Assembly: GCA_040379205.1 (NCBI GenBank)
Contig: JBEILM010000005.1
Span: 486-64,485, forward strand
Direction: 5' to 3'
Length of the DNA: 64,000 nt
Origin: Gemmatimonas sp.
GTDB lineage: Bacteria > Gemmatimonadota > Gemmatimonadetes > Gemmatimonadales > Gemmatimonadaceae
Shown here: positions 1 through 11,966 of the stretch, piece by piece
Position numbering within the stretch: the stretch's first letter is position 1
Layout of the letters: the number at the start of each line of letters is the position of its first letter
Notes under the pieces: generated by a model
The model's input: only the letters and a program-made list of their open reading frames with translations
The model's database searches: none
What the model was told of the DNA's origin: nothing
Position numbers and translations under genes: made by a program

Positions 1-578
1 TACAGCCGGGCGCGGAAGGCCTGTTCGTCGATGGATTGCAGCGCGAGGTCGCCCTGCTGCACAGCCGCCGCCAGCAGACGCGCGGCCCGCACCAGCTCGG
101 CGCGGCCACCGTACGAGATGAACAGATTGAGACCGAGGCGATTGCCCCCGGCGGTCTCGCGGCGCACGCGCTCGACGGCGCTGGAAGCAGGCGGGCTCAG
201 ACGCTCGAGATCGCCATGCACATGCACCTGCACACCTTGCTGGCGCAGTTCGGCCGCCTCGCGGGCGATGTACTCCTCGAGGAGTGACATCAGGGCCGAC
301 ACCTCGGTTTCGGGGCGCTGCCAGTTCTCCTGCGAGAACGCGAACAGGGACAGCCACTCGACGCCGGCTTCGAGGCACCCCTCGACGACCGCGCGCACGG
401 CCTTCATACCCGACCGGTGCCCGAACGGCCGCGGCATGTGGCGCTCACGCGCCCAGCGGCCGTTGCCGTCCATGATGATCGCAATGTGCTGCGGCACCGC
501 CCCATGCACGCGAATGCGTGCCAGCAGATCCGACTTGGTGTCAGTCACGGTGGGAGGGGGCGGTGGCGGCGGGAACAT
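1..578 (-). CDS. uppS: Undecaprenyl diphosphate synthase (isoprenyl transferase), 3'-truncated by the window edge
   Basis: Not in the ORF track (no stop in window). Manual minus-strand translation gives PQHIAIIMDGNGRWA...GHRSGM...WLSLFAFSQENWQRP...SYGGRAEL. It follows frr as usual. Start is ATG 578 or GTG 548. Confidence 0.92.
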   Translation of the reverse strand, partial: MFPPPPPPPTVTDTKSDLLARIRVHGAVPQHIAIIMDGNGRWARERHMPRPFGHRSGMKAVRAVVEGCLEAGVEWLSLFAFSQENWQRPETEVSALMSLLEEYIAREAAELRQQGVQVHVHGDLERLSPPASSAVERVRRETAGGNRLGLNLFISYGGRAELVRAARLLAAAVQQGDLALQSIDEQAFRARL

Positions 579-602
579 CGACGAACAGTCCGCAGCGCGG
601 AC

Positions 603-1157
603 TCAAACCTCCATGATCTCGACTTCCTTGGCCTTCAACAGGCCATCGAGCTTGGCAATCGCCTCGTCGTGCTGCTTCTGGAGGTCCTTCTCCGCGTGCT
701 TCTTGTCGTCCTCGGACACGCCTTCGACCTTCTTGACCTTGTCGCGGGCGTCGGTGCGCGCATGGCGGATCGCGATGCGACCGTCCTCCGCCAGCTTGTG
801 CAGCACCCTCACGAGCTCCTTGCGGCGCTGCTCGGTCATGCTGGGCAGCGGCACCCGGATAATGCCGTTCTGGTGTGCGGGGTCGAGTCCGAGTTCCGAC
901 TCGCGGATGGCCTTCTCGATCCCCTTGGCCTGCCCCTTGTCGAACGGGGTGACCAGGAGGATGCGCGGCTCGGGGGCCGAAACGGAAGCCACCTGATTGA
1001 GCGGCACGAGCGAGCCGTACGCCTCGACCTTGATCGTGTCGAGCATGTTCGGCGACGCCTTGCCGGAGCGGATGCCGGAGAACTCACGCTTGGAGTTCTC
1101 GAGGGCCTTTTCCATGCCGCTCTTGGAATCCCTCAGGATCTGCGCGATGGTGCTCAT
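603..1157 (-). CDS. frr: Ribosome recycling factor
   Basis: [39 protein letters not shown]; start trimmed to ATG 1157. Confidence 0.97.
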   Translation of the reverse strand: MSTIAQILRDSKSGMEKALENSKREFSGIRSGKASPNMLDTIKVEAYGSLVPLNQVASVSAPEPRILLVTPFDKGQAKGIEKAIRESELGLDPAHQNGIIRVPLPSMTEQRRKELVRVLHKLAEDGRIAIRHARTDARDKVKKVEGVSEDDKKHAEKDLQKQHDEAIAKLDGLLKAKEVEIMEV

Positions 1158-1903
1158 GAAACCAGTGTCCCTACGCGTTCGCCCCGAACGGCGCGCATGA
1201 TGGCGCCAGGGCGGTGAAGGTTGAGGACGACCAGCGGCAACTGATTCTCCTTGCAAAGCGTGATGGCTGTCTGATCCATCACGCGCAGCTCTTCGAGCAT
1301 CACGTCGCGGTAACTGATCGCCTCGTAGAGGGTGGCGTTGGGGTCCTTCTTCGGGTCGGCCGAATAGATCCCGTCGACGCTGGTGGCCTTGATGATGACA
1401 TCCGCCTTCATCTGGATGGCCCGCAGCACCGCCGCCGTGTCGGTTGAAAAATACGGGTTGCCGGTGCCGGCGGCAAAGATCACCGTGCGCCCCTTCTCGA
1501 AGTGGCGCAGGGCCCGGCGACGGATGTACGGCTCCGCCAGCTCCTCCATGCGGATCGCCGTCATGACGCGGGTATCCAGCCCACGCTTCTCGAGGACGTC
1601 CTGCAAGGCCATCGCGTTGATGACCGTCCCGAGCATGCCCATGTAGTCGGCGCCGACCCGATCCATGCCCATCTGGGAGAGCTGCGTCCCGCGAACAATG
1701 TTTCCGCCCCCGATCACCAGCCCGAGCTGCACGCCCATGCGGGCGACTTCCACGATCTGGTCGGCGAAGAAGCCGATGCGATCGAAATCGAAGCCCACCT
1801 TACGCTCCCCGGCGAGTGCTTCGCCGGAGAGCTTGAGGAGGACGCGCGGGTACCGCAGCGAAGCCGTCGACGCCTGCGGGTCCGGTTGCGCGCTGCCGCT
1901 CAT
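1154..1903 (-). CDS. pyrH: UMP kinase
   Basis: [40 protein letters not shown]. Confidence 0.97.
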   Translation of the reverse strand: MSGSAQPDPQASTASLRYPRVLLKLSGEALAGERKVGFDFDRIGFFADQIVEVARMGVQLGLVIGGGNIVRGTQLSQMGMDRVGADYMGMLGTVINAMALQDVLEKRGLDTRVMTAIRMEELAEPYIRRRALRHFEKGRTVIFAAGTGNPYFSTDTAAVLRAIQMKADVIIKATSVDGIYSADPKKDPNATLYEAISYRDVMLEELRVMDQTAITLCKENQLPLVVLNLHRPGAIMRAVRGERVGTLVS

Positions 1904-1910
1904 GGCGCGC

Positions 1911-2795
1911 TTACTCGGCGCCGAGCTGCAGACGGGCGAAACGGTCCACCGTGATGCTGCCACCCGCCTTCTTGGCGTGGTCAGCGACGAGCTGCGTGAT
2001 CGTGACGGCCGCGTCACGCACCCACGGCTGCGGCATCAGCGTCACGTCCCTGAGGAACGCCTCGACCTTGCCCGTGGCGATCTTCTCGATCATCGCGTCC
2101 GGCTTTCCGGCCTCGCGGGCCTGCTCCTCGGCGATGCGCTTCTCGCTTTCGATCTTCTCGGCGGGCACGCCCGTGCGATCGACGGCCATTGGGGCGGACG
2201 CGGCCACATGTTCGGCGATGTACTTCACGAGCTCCCTGGTGGCCTCGTGCTGCGCCACCTCGGCCGACGACGCGGTGATCTGTACCAGCGTGGCCAGCTT
2301 GCCGTTGTGGTGGCGGTACATGCCCACGAGGCCGTTCTCGCCGGCGTCGAACCGGGCGGTGCGCTTGACGTTTACCGCCTCACCGGTCCGCGCCGCGGCC
2401 GCCTTGACGTACTCATCGACCGTGCCCGTGTCACCGGTCATGCGCTCGGCGAGGAAGGCTGCCACGTCGCCCGCGGTGGACTGCACGCGCTGCGCGACGA
2501 GGGCGGCGACGATCTTGCCGAAGTCCTCGTTGCGGGCCACGAAGTCCGTCTCGCAGGCGACTTCGACGAGTGCGCCAGCGGAGCCGTTGTTGAACACCTC
2601 GCCGCCGACGATGCCTTCGCTCGTGGAACGGTCCGACCGCTTCTCGGCCTTGGCGATGCCCTTCTTGCGGAGGTACTCGATGGCGGCATCCATGTCGCCA
2701 TTGTTCTCTTCGAGCGCCTTCTTGCAGTCCATCATGCCGGCGCCGGTGCGCTGGCGGAGTTCGGAGACGGCCTTGGCCGAAATCGCGGTGGTCAT
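1911..2795 (-). CDS. tsf: Elongation factor Ts
   Basis: [31 protein letters not shown]. Confidence 0.97.
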   Translation of the reverse strand: MTTAISAKAVSELRQRTGAGMMDCKKALEENNGDMDAAIEYLRKKGIAKAEKRSDRSTSEGIVGGEVFNNGSAGALVEVACETDFVARNEDFGKIVAALVAQRVQSTAGDVAAFLAERMTGDTGTVDEYVKAAAARTGEAVNVKRTARFDAGENGLVGMYRHHNGKLATLVQITASSAEVAQHEATRELVKYIAEHVAASAPMAVDRTGVPAEKIESEKRIAEEQAREAGKPDAMIEKIATGKVEAFLRDVTLMPQPWVRDAAVTITQLVADHAKKAGGSITVDRFARLQLGAE

Positions 2796-2963
2796 CGTCG
2801 AGTCCTGGGAGAGCGGTCTATGCTGAAATGCCGTGAGGTTCACTGGTGGGCCCTGCGAACGAACGCCGCCGGTGAAGTGCCGGCGGCGTCGTGGTGCTGC
2901 ATCCGGGAAGGGCCACGCCGCAGCGGGTGCGGCCCTTCGGGAATTCGTGCCGACGCCGTTCCG

Positions 2964-3905
2964 TTACTCGGCGTCCGCCGGCGCCGCGGTCTCGCCCGCG
3001 TCAGCCTCGGGCGCCGCCGACTCACCGCCCTTGAGGCGGGCGGCAATCGCTTCGGGCTTCGCACGACGACGACGCGGACGACCACCCGCACCGCCCTGAT
3101 CGCCACCGCGGCCACCGCGGTCGCCGCCGCGATCGCGACGGTCACCACGATCGGCACGCTCGGCCCCGCGGTCGCTGGAGAAGGTGTAGCTCTCGTGCTC
3201 CTCCTCGGCCGGGCGCGCGGGCGCCTCGCGGCGCGCGTCCTCGATCGTGGCGGCAACCGCCTTCGTGATCAGCTCCACCGAGCGGATCGCGTCGTCATTT
3301 CCGGCGATGGGCACGGTGATGAGGTCCGGATCGGCGTTCGTATCGACGATGGCCACGATGGGCACGCCGAGCTTGTTCGCCTCCGACACCGCGATACGCT
3401 CCTTCTTCGAGTCGATGATGAACAGCAGCCCGGGGAGGCGGTTCATCGTCTTGATGCCCGAGAGGTACTTGGACAACTTCTCGCGCTGACGCGACATGAG
3501 AAGCTGTTCCTTCTTGGTGTAATTGGCGAGGCTGCCATCCTCGCTGCCGGCCTCGAGCTCCTTGAGCTTCTTGACCTGCTTCTTGACCGTCTGGTAGTTG
3601 GTCAGCATGCCGCCGAGCCAACGCTCGGTGACGAACATCGCACCGCACTTCTCGGCCTCATCGCGCACGATGGCGGCGAGCTGGCGCTTGGTGCAGACGA
3701 AGAGGACGTTCTCGCCGCGCAGGACGACCTCGCGGACGAGCTTCTGCGCCAGTTCGATCTGGCGGAGCGTCTTCTGCAGGTCGATGATGTGAATGCCGTT
3801 GCGCTCGGCGAAGATGAACCGGCGCATCTTGGGGTTCCAGCGACGGGTCTGATGCCCGAAGTGGACGCCCGCGGCGAGCAGCTGCTCGAGGGACGGAGTC
3901 GACAT
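2964..3905 (-). CDS. rpsB: 30S ribosomal protein S2 with Arg/Gly-rich C-terminal extension
   Basis: [35 protein letters not shown]-like motif. Confidence 0.98.
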   Translation of the reverse strand: MSTPSLEQLLAAGVHFGHQTRRWNPKMRRFIFAERNGIHIIDLQKTLRQIELAQKLVREVVLRGENVLFVCTKRQLAAIVRDEAEKCGAMFVTERWLGGMLTNYQTVKKQVKKLKELEAGSEDGSLANYTKKEQLLMSRQREKLSKYLSGIKTMNRLPGLLFIIDSKKERIAVSEANKLGVPIVAIVDTNADPDLITVPIAGNDDAIRSVELITKAVAATIEDARREAPARPAEEEHESYTFSSDRGAERADRGDRRDRGGDRGGRGGDQGGAGGRPRRRRAKPEAIAARLKGGESAAPEADAGETAAPADAE

Positions 3906-3920
3906 GGTACGAGATCCTGA

Positions 3921-4010
3921 GGGTGTTGTACGCGTCCGTGATCGTCACCGTCGGAGGCGACTGCGCCGCACATGGGCGCAGCACCCGCCACCGACTCGGA
4001 CCACGTGTGA
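3921..4010 (-). promoter_or_regulatory. rpsB 5' leader, t44/S2-autoregulatory RNA-like
   Basis: Minus strand CACAC...GGGTG-CTGCGCC-catgtgc-GGCGCAG-TCG...GGACGCGTACAAC resembles the recalled architecture of the enterobacterial rpsB (t44) leader. Confidence 0.55.
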
Positions 4011-4056
4011 GATATGCTGGACGAGTCGCCGGCGCCCGAAGCGCCAGCGGACTCGA

Positions 4057-4446
4057 TCAGCGCTTCGAGAACTGGAAGCGCTTGCGGGCGCCAGCGCGGC
4101 CCGGCTTCTTGCGCTCGACCTCGCGCGCATCGCGCGTGAGGAGGCCGAACTCGCGGAGCTTCTTCTTGTTGCTCGCGTCGATCTTCACCAGCGCGCGCGC
4201 CACGGCAAGGCGCACGGCGCCCGCCTGGCCCGACACGCCACCGCCGTCCACGACACACTTGATGTCGAAGCGGCCCATGGTGTCCGTCAGCGTGAACGGC
4301 TGCTGGATGGCCGAGACCAGCGTGGGGCGGGGGAAGTAGTCACCGAGCGTCCGGCCGTTGACGTCCCACTTGCCCGAACCCGGGGTGAGATAAAGGCGGC
4401 ACACCGCCTCCTTGCGACGGCCGACGGCCTGAATCTGTTCCGACAT
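4057..4446 (-). CDS. rpsI: 30S ribosomal protein S9
   Basis: GRRKEAV, GGGVSGQAGAVRL, VERKKPGRAGARKRFQFSKR. Confidence 0.98.
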   Translation of the reverse strand: MSEQIQAVGRRKEAVCRLYLTPGSGKWDVNGRTLGDYFPRPTLVSAIQQPFTLTDTMGRFDIKCVVDGGGVSGQAGAVRLAVARALVKIDASNKKKLREFGLLTRDAREVERKKPGRAGARKRFQFSKR

Positions 4447-4895
4447 TACTTGGCCTCGGCGTTCGAGAAGGTGAGCGTGGCCGGCGTCTGCGCCACATGC
4501 GGGTGCTCGGCACCGGCAAAGACGCGCAGCTTGCGGCGCAGCACCTGACGGCCCAGCGCGGTCTTCGGCAGCATGCCGTACACCGCCTTCTCGATCACGC
4601 GCTCGGGGTGCTTGGCCAGCACGGAGGCAAAGGGCGTGTGCTTCTCATGGCCCATGTAGCCGGTGTGGCTGAAGTAGGTCTTCTGCTCGGCCTTGCGGCC
4701 CGTGACCTGCACCTTCGACGCATTGATCACGATGACGAAGTCACCCGTGTCCATGTGCGGCGTGAACATGGGCTTGTGCTTGCCGCGGATGATCTTCGCG
4801 ACTTCCGACGCGAGCCGGCCCAGGACCATTCCTTCCGCGTCGACGATATACCACCGACGGTCGATATCCTTCGGGGTCGCGCTGTAGGTCTTCAT
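4446..4895 (-). CDS. rplM: 50S ribosomal protein L13
   Basis: [30 protein letters not shown]; start ATG 4895. Confidence 0.98.
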   Translation of the reverse strand: MKTYSATPKDIDRRWYIVDAEGMVLGRLASEVAKIIRGKHKPMFTPHMDTGDFVIVINASKVQVTGRKAEQKTYFSHTGYMGHEKHTPFASVLAKHPERVIEKAVYGMLPKTALGRQVLRRKLRVFAGAEHPHVAQTPATLTFSNAEAK

Positions 4896-5015
4896 GCTAA
4901 CGTGATCCGTACGTGATGCGAGAAGTGCGGGACAGTCACCCGTCACTCCCGGCAAAGGGGTGAACTGACGCTGCGAACGAGAAATCGGGCCCCGCGTTGA
5001 GCGGGACAGACCCGT

Positions 5016-5044
5016 AGCTTACTCAGCCCAGAAGTGGTTGTCAA
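5016..5044 (-). promoter_or_regulatory. Sigma70-type promoter of rplM-rpsI
   Basis: TTGACA(5044-5039)-N17-TAAGCT(5021-5016). Confidence 0.8.
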
Positions 5045-5142
5045 TGCGGGGGTTGGCCTTGCTGACTCCCGTGTGGTCCCACACTGTGCCCCAGGTCTAC
5101 GGGCCGTCGGCCCGGACCCCTACCCTCTTGCAGGAGCGCGTG

Positions 5143-5496
5143 ATGTCGATGATGTCAGAGTTCAAGGAATTCGCCATGAAGGGCAGCGTGATCGACCTGG
5201 CGATCGGTGTCATTATCGGCGGGGCCTTCCAGAAGATCGTCGACAGCATGGTCACCGACATCATCATGCCGCTCGTCGGACTCCTCACCGGCGGCGTGGA
5301 CTTCACCAACCGCTTTCTCGCGCTGGGGGGCGGTCAGTTCGCCACCCTCGAGGAAGCCAAGGCGGCCGGGGCGCCGATCCTCGCCTACGGGCTGTTCCTC
5401 AACCACGTGCTGACGTTCCTCATCGTGGCGGTCGTGCTGTTCCTCGTCATCAAGGGCGTGAACCGCATGCGCCAGAGCGCCCCCGCCAAGACCTGA
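5143..5496 (+). CDS. mscL: Large-conductance mechanosensitive channel
   Basis: [39 protein letters not shown]; AGGAG RBS at 5132-5136. Confidence 0.95.
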   Translation: MSMMSEFKEFAMKGSVIDLAIGVIIGGAFQKIVDSMVTDIIMPLVGLLTGGVDFTNRFLALGGGQFATLEEAKAAGAPILAYGLFLNHVLTFLIVAVVLFLVIKGVNRMRQSAPAKT

Positions 5497-5523
5497 GGCC
5501 GATCGGCGCGCCGGTGTCCGCCG

Positions 5524-6036
5524 TCAGGCGGGCACCGGCCCCAATTCCACCAGCACGGCGCCCTTTTCCACCGGCTGTCCCGGCGTGGCCCGCACCGCCG
5601 TCACGACCCCGGCCGAGGTCGTCCGCAGTTCGTTCTCCATCTTCATGGCCTCGATGACCACGAGGCCCTGGCCGGCGCTGACTTCGTCCCCCACCGCCAC
5701 GGCCACCCTCACCACCAACCCAGGCATCGGCGCCAGCAGCGGGGCCGGTCCGGACGCCGACGCGCTCGATGCCGTGAGGTCCTTGATCGCGCGCATGCGC
5801 TCGTCGAGTGCCTCTGCCTCCACCCGGGCGCCGTCCACGTCCAGCACCCACTGACCACGGCTGGTCCCCCGGCGGGCCACGATGCGATGCACCTGTTCGC
5901 CGATCCGCACCAGGCGCACCGGCGTCCCTGCCACCAGGGTCAAGGCCACCTCGAGGCGCTCGCCCTCGACCACCGCCTGCGACCCGTCGAACTCGACGGT
6001 CATCCGGTGCCCGTTCACGTCCACGATGTACTTCAT
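5524..6036 (-). CDS. Biotin carboxyl carrier protein (stand-alone, acyl-CoA carboxylase)
   Basis: APMPGLVV...EAMKMENEL biotinylation motif; N-terminal MKYIVDVNG domain. Confidence 0.92.
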   Translation of the reverse strand: MKYIVDVNGHRMTVEFDGSQAVVEGERLEVALTLVAGTPVRLVRIGEQVHRIVARRGTSRGQWVLDVDGARVEAEALDERMRAIKDLTASSASASGPAPLLAPMPGLVVRVAVAVGDEVSAGQGLVVIEAMKMENELRTTSAGVVTAVRATPGQPVEKGAVLVELGPVPA

Positions 6037-7418
6037 GCGCCCTCCCGGCGCAGCACGCACACGGTCTCCACGTGTGCCGTCTGCGGAAACATGTCGAAAC
6101 ACTGCACGGCGTCCACCCGCCACGACGGCAGGCGCGACACGTCCCGCGCCAGCGTCCCCGGATCACAACTCACATAGACCACGGCGCGCACCGACGGACC
6201 TGCCTCCGTCTCCAGCCAGCGCGTGACGGCCGCCTCCACCCCGCGACGCGGGGGATTGAGCACGATCACGTCCGGACGCTCCGACACCCCGGCCGCCTCG
6301 GGCAGCGCGCGCTCCACCAGGTCACACACCACCCGCACCCGCCCCGCGACCGACGGGCCGGCGCGCCGGACCCGAGCCACACTCGCCTCGGCGCCCGCCG
6401 GATCGGCCTCGATCGCCACGACGTCCACGCCAGCCTCCGCCAACACCGCCGCGAGGCGTCCGGTGCCGGCATAGGCATCGACCACCCGCCGCGGGGACAG
6501 CGCCAGAACCTCGCCGAGGACGAACGCCCGCAGCGCATTCGCCACGACGGCGTTGACCTGTGCGAACGCGAGCGCCTCCTGTGCCGCCGGCCCCACGCCG
6601 GTGGATAGCGCGGCCGTGCCGGTAGTCGGAGCCTCAGCCGTCCAGAGTACCTGCGCCACCGCCGGGTGCGCGGCGCGGGCCGCCGTCGTCCACGCCTCCC
6701 GTGCAGGCCACGAGGCCCCGCCTTCGACCACCAGCGCCACCGATGGGGCCGAGCCCGCCTCCATGCCGCTCTCGTCGAGCCGGAGGGCCAGGCGCACCGC
6801 GGAGGCCTCGGGAAGCGCCGGCGCATTGCTGCGGAGCAGCGGGCGAAGCGCCTGCCACACGCCGACGAGGATGGGATGCGCGATGGCGCACTCCTCGAGG
6901 GGGAAGATCCGGGTCGGGTCGTCATGCGGGTGCAACCCACCGGCCCACCCAGCTCCGCGGCGGTGCAGCGTCAGCGTCAGGCGACCCCGGTACTCCCACT
7001 GCACGCCACTCACGATGGGCGGCAACGGGATGTCACGCCCGCCGATGCGGCGCAGGCTCTCCTGGACGATTTCCTGCCGAGCCCGCCGCTGGCTGGCCGG
7101 ATCCAGATGCTGGAGCTGGCAGCCACCGCACCGGTCCTGCTCATAGTGCCGGCATCGCGAGTCCACGCGGGCCGGCGACGGAGTCAACAGCTGCAGGACA
7201 CGTCCCCGCCCATGCCGGGCATGCATCGTGAGAGCGATCTGTGCCACATCGCCAGGTGCCGTACGGGGGACGAACACGGCGAGCCCCCCCACCCGGCCAA
7301 CACCGTCACCGCCGGCGGCGATGCGATCGATCGTAATCGTTTCCACCGACTCGGGGGCGCGTGTACTGCGCGACCGGCCGGCACCCGGCGACCGACCGCG
7401 CGGTTGCTGTCGCTTCAC
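6033..7418 (-). CDS. TRAM-domain RNA (uracil-C5)-methyltransferase, RlmD/RlmC family
   Basis: TRAM N-terminus (GGDGVGR), CxxxxxxCGGC Fe-S motif, YAGTG, NPPRRG, YVSCDPGTLARD, DMFPQTAHVE. Confidence 0.88.
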   Translation of the reverse strand: MKRQQPRGRSPGAGRSRSTRAPESVETITIDRIAAGGDGVGRVGGLAVFVPRTAPGDVAQIALTMHARHGRGRVLQLLTPSPARVDSRCRHYEQDRCGGCQLQHLDPASQRRARQEIVQESLRRIGGRDIPLPPIVSGVQWEYRGRLTLTLHRRGAGWAGGLHPHDDPTRIFPLEECAIAHPILVGVWQALRPLLRSNAPALPEASAVRLALRLDESGMEAGSAPSVALVVEGGASWPAREAWTTAARAAHPAVAQVLWTAEAPTTGTAALSTGVGPAAQEALAFAQVNAVVANALRAFVLGEVLALSPRRVVDAYAGTGRLAAVLAEAGVDVVAIEADPAGAEASVARVRRAGPSVAGRVRVVCDLVERALPEAAGVSERPDVIVLNPPRRGVEAAVTRWLETEAGPSVRAVVYVSCDPGTLARDVSRLPSWRVDAVQCFDMFPQTAHVETVCVLRREGA

Positions 7419-7428
7419 CGTGGGTCAC

Positions 7429-8955
7429 TCACGAGCGGAGCCCCTCGCGGCGGGCCACGTCGGCCCAGGTGGGCCCGGAGCGGACCGACGGCACGGCGTC
7501 GGCCGGGCCCGCGGGCCGCGTTACCCGCCCCGCCGTCCGCTCCTCATGCGCCACGAGCGCGGCGGCGATGGCCGCGAGGCGCACCGTCGCCGGGTCGGTG
7601 TCCGGCGCCGTCAGCGACGCCAGCCGCTGTTCGAGCCACTGGATGCTGATGTCTCCGCGCTGGAACTCGGGGTCGTCCATGACCCGCAGGTGAAAGGCGC
7701 GAGACGTTTCGATGCCGTCGATCGTGAGCTCGTGCAGGGCGCGCCGCATGCGCGCGATGGCCAGCGGGCGCGTCGGCGCGTGCACGATGAGCTTGGCCAG
7801 CATGGGATCGTAATGCAGACCCACCTCGCTGCCGGCCTCGATGCCACCGTCCCAGCGCACGCCGGGACCGCTGGGCAGATGCAGGTACTCGATCCGCCCC
7901 GTGCTCGGCAGGAACCCGTTCGCCGAGTCCTCGCTCGTGATCCGGCACTCGATCGCCCAGCCACGCGGGGCAAAATCCTTCTGCGCAAACGGCAGCGTTT
8001 CCCCGGCCGCGATGCGGATCTGCCACTGCACGAGATCGAGCCCCATGACGAGTTCCGTCACCGGGTGCTCCACCTGAATGCGCGTGTTCATCTCGAGGAA
8101 GTAGTACTGACCGTCCCGGTCGAGCAGGAACTCGCAGGTGCCCGCGTTCACGTAGCCGGCGGCACGCGCCGCCGCCACCGCCGTCGCCCCCATGCGCGCG
8201 CGCAACGCGGGCGTCACCGCCACACTCGGCGCTTCCTCGATCATCTTCTGATGGCGGCGCTGCACCGAGCACTCACGTTCACCCAGATGCAGCACGGTGC
8301 CGTGCGTGTCGGCCAGCACCTGAATCTCGACGTGGCGTGGCCCCTCGATGTACTTCTCGACGTACACCGCATCGTCGCCGAAGGCGTTCTGCGCCTCACG
8401 CCGCGCCGACGCCAGCGCGTCAGGCAGGTCGGCCGCGGCACGCACCACGCGCATGCCCTTGCCGCCGCCACCGGCCGCTGCCTTGAGCAGCACCGGGTAG
8501 CCATACGACGCAGCGATGGCCATGGCCTCGTCGGCGTCACGCACCCCCTCGGCATTGCCCGGCACCACGGGCACTCCTGCGGCCATGGCCAGCTGGCGCG
8601 CGGCGGTCTTCGAGCCCATGGCTTCGATGGCTTCCGCCGGCGGCCCGATGAATATCAGCCCGGCCTCACGCACGGCCCGCGCGAACCACGCCCGTTCGGA
8701 CAGGAACCCGTACCCGGGATGGATGGCCTCCGCACCCACACGCTTCGCGACCTCGATGAGGCGCTCTCCCACCAGATAACTCTGACTCGACGGCGGCGGG
8801 CCGATCAGGACCGCTTCATCGGCCTCCCGCACGTGCGGCGCCGACGCATCGGCCTCCGAATACACGGCCACCGTCCGCACGCCGAGTTCCTGGCATGCGC
8901 GGATCACGCGCAGGGCGATCTCGCCGCGATTGGCCACCAACACTTTCGTGAACAT
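7429..8955 (-). CDS. Biotin carboxylase subunit of acyl-CoA (acetyl/propionyl-CoA) carboxylase
   Basis: KVLVANRGEIALRV, HPGYGFLSE, GGGGKGMR, ERECSVQRRHQK, EMNTRIQVEHPVTE, YDPMLAKL. Confidence 0.95.
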   Translation of the reverse strand: MFTKVLVANRGEIALRVIRACQELGVRTVAVYSEADASAPHVREADEAVLIGPPPSSQSYLVGERLIEVAKRVGAEAIHPGYGFLSERAWFARAVREAGLIFIGPPAEAIEAMGSKTAARQLAMAAGVPVVPGNAEGVRDADEAMAIAASYGYPVLLKAAAGGGGKGMRVVRAAADLPDALASARREAQNAFGDDAVYVEKYIEGPRHVEIQVLADTHGTVLHLGERECSVQRRHQKMIEEAPSVAVTPALRARMGATAVAAARAAGYVNAGTCEFLLDRDGQYYFLEMNTRIQVEHPVTELVMGLDLVQWQIRIAAGETLPFAQKDFAPRGWAIECRITSEDSANGFLPSTGRIEYLHLPSGPGVRWDGGIEAGSEVGLHYDPMLAKLIVHAPTRPLAIARMRRALHELTIDGIETSRAFHLRVMDDPEFQRGDISIQWLEQRLASLTAPDTDPATVRLAAIAAALVAHEERTAGRVTRPAGPADAVPSVRSGPTWADVARREGLRS

Positions 8956-8963
8956 CGGGCAGC

Positions 8964-10529
<1,566 letters not shown>

Positions 10530-10651
10530 GGCGGCGGAAGCTAGCGCCCGGACGCGGAAAAACGAGGAGCCGGCCCCTTTCGGGACCGGCTCCGCTGCCG
10601 TGCTGGTGGGTGCGTCCCGTTCAGAAGGCCGGGGCGCCGCCACGGACGGCG

Positions 10652-11059
10652 TTACGGCTTGTAGATGATCGGCAGGACGACCTTGGTCTTCACCGGATTG
10701 CCGTTGACCTTGCCTGGCTGGAAGGCCAGCTTGGCCGCGACCTTCTTGGCGGCGTCGCCCAGCGCCGTCTGCGTCGCGTCCACGACCTCGACCGACGCCG
10801 GATCGACCTTACCCTTTGCATCGACGACGAACTGGAGCTCGACCATGCCACCCACCCCGCGACCCTTGAGGTCCGACGGGTACGACTCCTGGATCAGGCG
10901 CGCCGCCACGACCGACGAGGAGAGCTTCGGCGGACTGGTCAGCTCGGCAATGGGATACACTTTATCGTCCTGCGCGGCGGCCGAAGACGCGAGCGGCCCG
11001 GCGAACAGGAGCGTGGCGAGCACGGGGTAGACGGCGACGCGGAGGGTCGGCTTGAACAT
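10652..11059 (-). CDS. Secreted TonB C-terminal-domain protein
   Basis: Signal peptide ending AAA|Q; YP...[19 protein letters not shown]...[11 protein letters not shown] TonB_C signature. Confidence 0.8.
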   Translation of the reverse strand: MFKPTLRVAVYPVLATLLFAGPLASSAAAQDDKVYPIAELTSPPKLSSSVVAARLIQESYPSDLKGRGVGGMVELQFVVDAKGKVDPASVEVVDATQTALGDAAKKVAAKLAFQPGKVNGNPVKTKVVLPIIYKP

Positions 11060-11362
11060 GAGATGGTGATCCTCGGGATCATTCAGGAAGAGCGATTTGG
11101 CCGGCGCACCTCCCCACGTCGGGACGCGCCTCGGAACCGGTCGCGCCGGATAACCGGCGGCTGGCTAACCGCTGCCCTCTTTTATCGGATCATGACAACT
11201 TGGGCTTGAGCATTCCTCACTTCTGACATGTACATTGTCACGCAGCTGGCACGCGGGCGCCTTGCGGTCCCGGCATTCCCCCGCCATGGGCTGCTGGAAC
11301 GTCGTTTGCAATGTGTCGGGCGTAGTCTCGCCTCCACCCTTTCCCGGTCGTCGTCCCCTCCC

Positions 11363-11893
11363 ATGCCTGATTTTCTCGATCTGCACGAAGACTCCACTGC
11401 CCGTCTGGTGCTCTATGCCGTCGCACTCATCCTGCTGGTGATTCCGTTCGTGCAGGTTGGCACGCAGCTCTGGCCGCTGCAGCTGAGCAACATCCAGTGG
11501 CGCTTCGGCGCTGCAAGTTCCCTCTCCGGCATCCTCACGCTGCCGTTCCTCGGTCTGACGGTGCTGGTCCTCATGGCCCGCGGTCTGGGGAACCGTGGTC
11601 TGGCGATGCTTTCCGGCAGTGTGGCAGCGATCTTTGCCCTGGGGCTCATGGGTTCCCTCGGCCTCTTCATCCTCGACGCCCAACAGCTCAAGGCCATCGT
11701 CAGCACCCAGATGGCGGGCGCCTTCACGAACACCACGATTCGGGTGGTGATGGTGTCCGGGCTCTTCCTGTGCGGCTTCCTCGTGTTGACGCTGGCCGGC
11801 TTCCGGGCGCCGCGCAGCGGGGTGAGCGCGCGCATGGCGAAGGGCGACAGCGGATCGGACGAGGGCGTCGGCCTGATCGTCGGTCAGGTCTGA
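11363..11893 (+). CDS. Hypothetical four-TM membrane protein
   Basis: Four hydrophobic segments; ends at a bidirectional terminator; start uncertain (11228 or 11363). Confidence 0.7.
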   Translation: MPDFLDLHEDSTARLVLYAVALILLVIPFVQVGTQLWPLQLSNIQWRFGAASSLSGILTLPFLGLTVLVLMARGLGNRGLAMLSGSVAAIFALGLMGSLGLFILDAQQLKAIVSTQMAGAFTNTTIRVVMVSGLFLCGFLVLTLAGFRAPRSGVSARMAKGDSGSDEGVGLIVGQV

Positions 11894-11910
11894 CTGCACG
11901 CGCCCAAGAC

Positions 11911-11948
11911 ACAAAAAAGCCCCGGCATCGCTGCCGGGGCTTTTTTGT
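11911..11948. terminator. Bidirectional Rho-independent terminator
   Basis: ACAAAAAAGCCCCGGCA-tcgc-TGCCGGGGCTTTTTTGT between convergent genes (membrane protein and rpsA). Confidence 0.95.
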
Positions 11949-11966
11949 TTCGGTCGGGATCAGAAC

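Noticed and set aside
2861-2890. GC-rich hairpins between tsf and rpsB (also 5506-5540) as a REP family
   Set aside because: Sequences differ from each other and lack U-tracts; likely single processing or stability stems.
1665-3920. Long plus-strand ORFs opposite real genes (also 7228-9084, 11994-13931, 21078-23120, 23687-25555, 29350-31068, 48452-50905, 58282-61005)
   Set aside because: Antisense shadow frames expected in 70% GC DNA with strong codon bias; no recognisable motifs or RBS.
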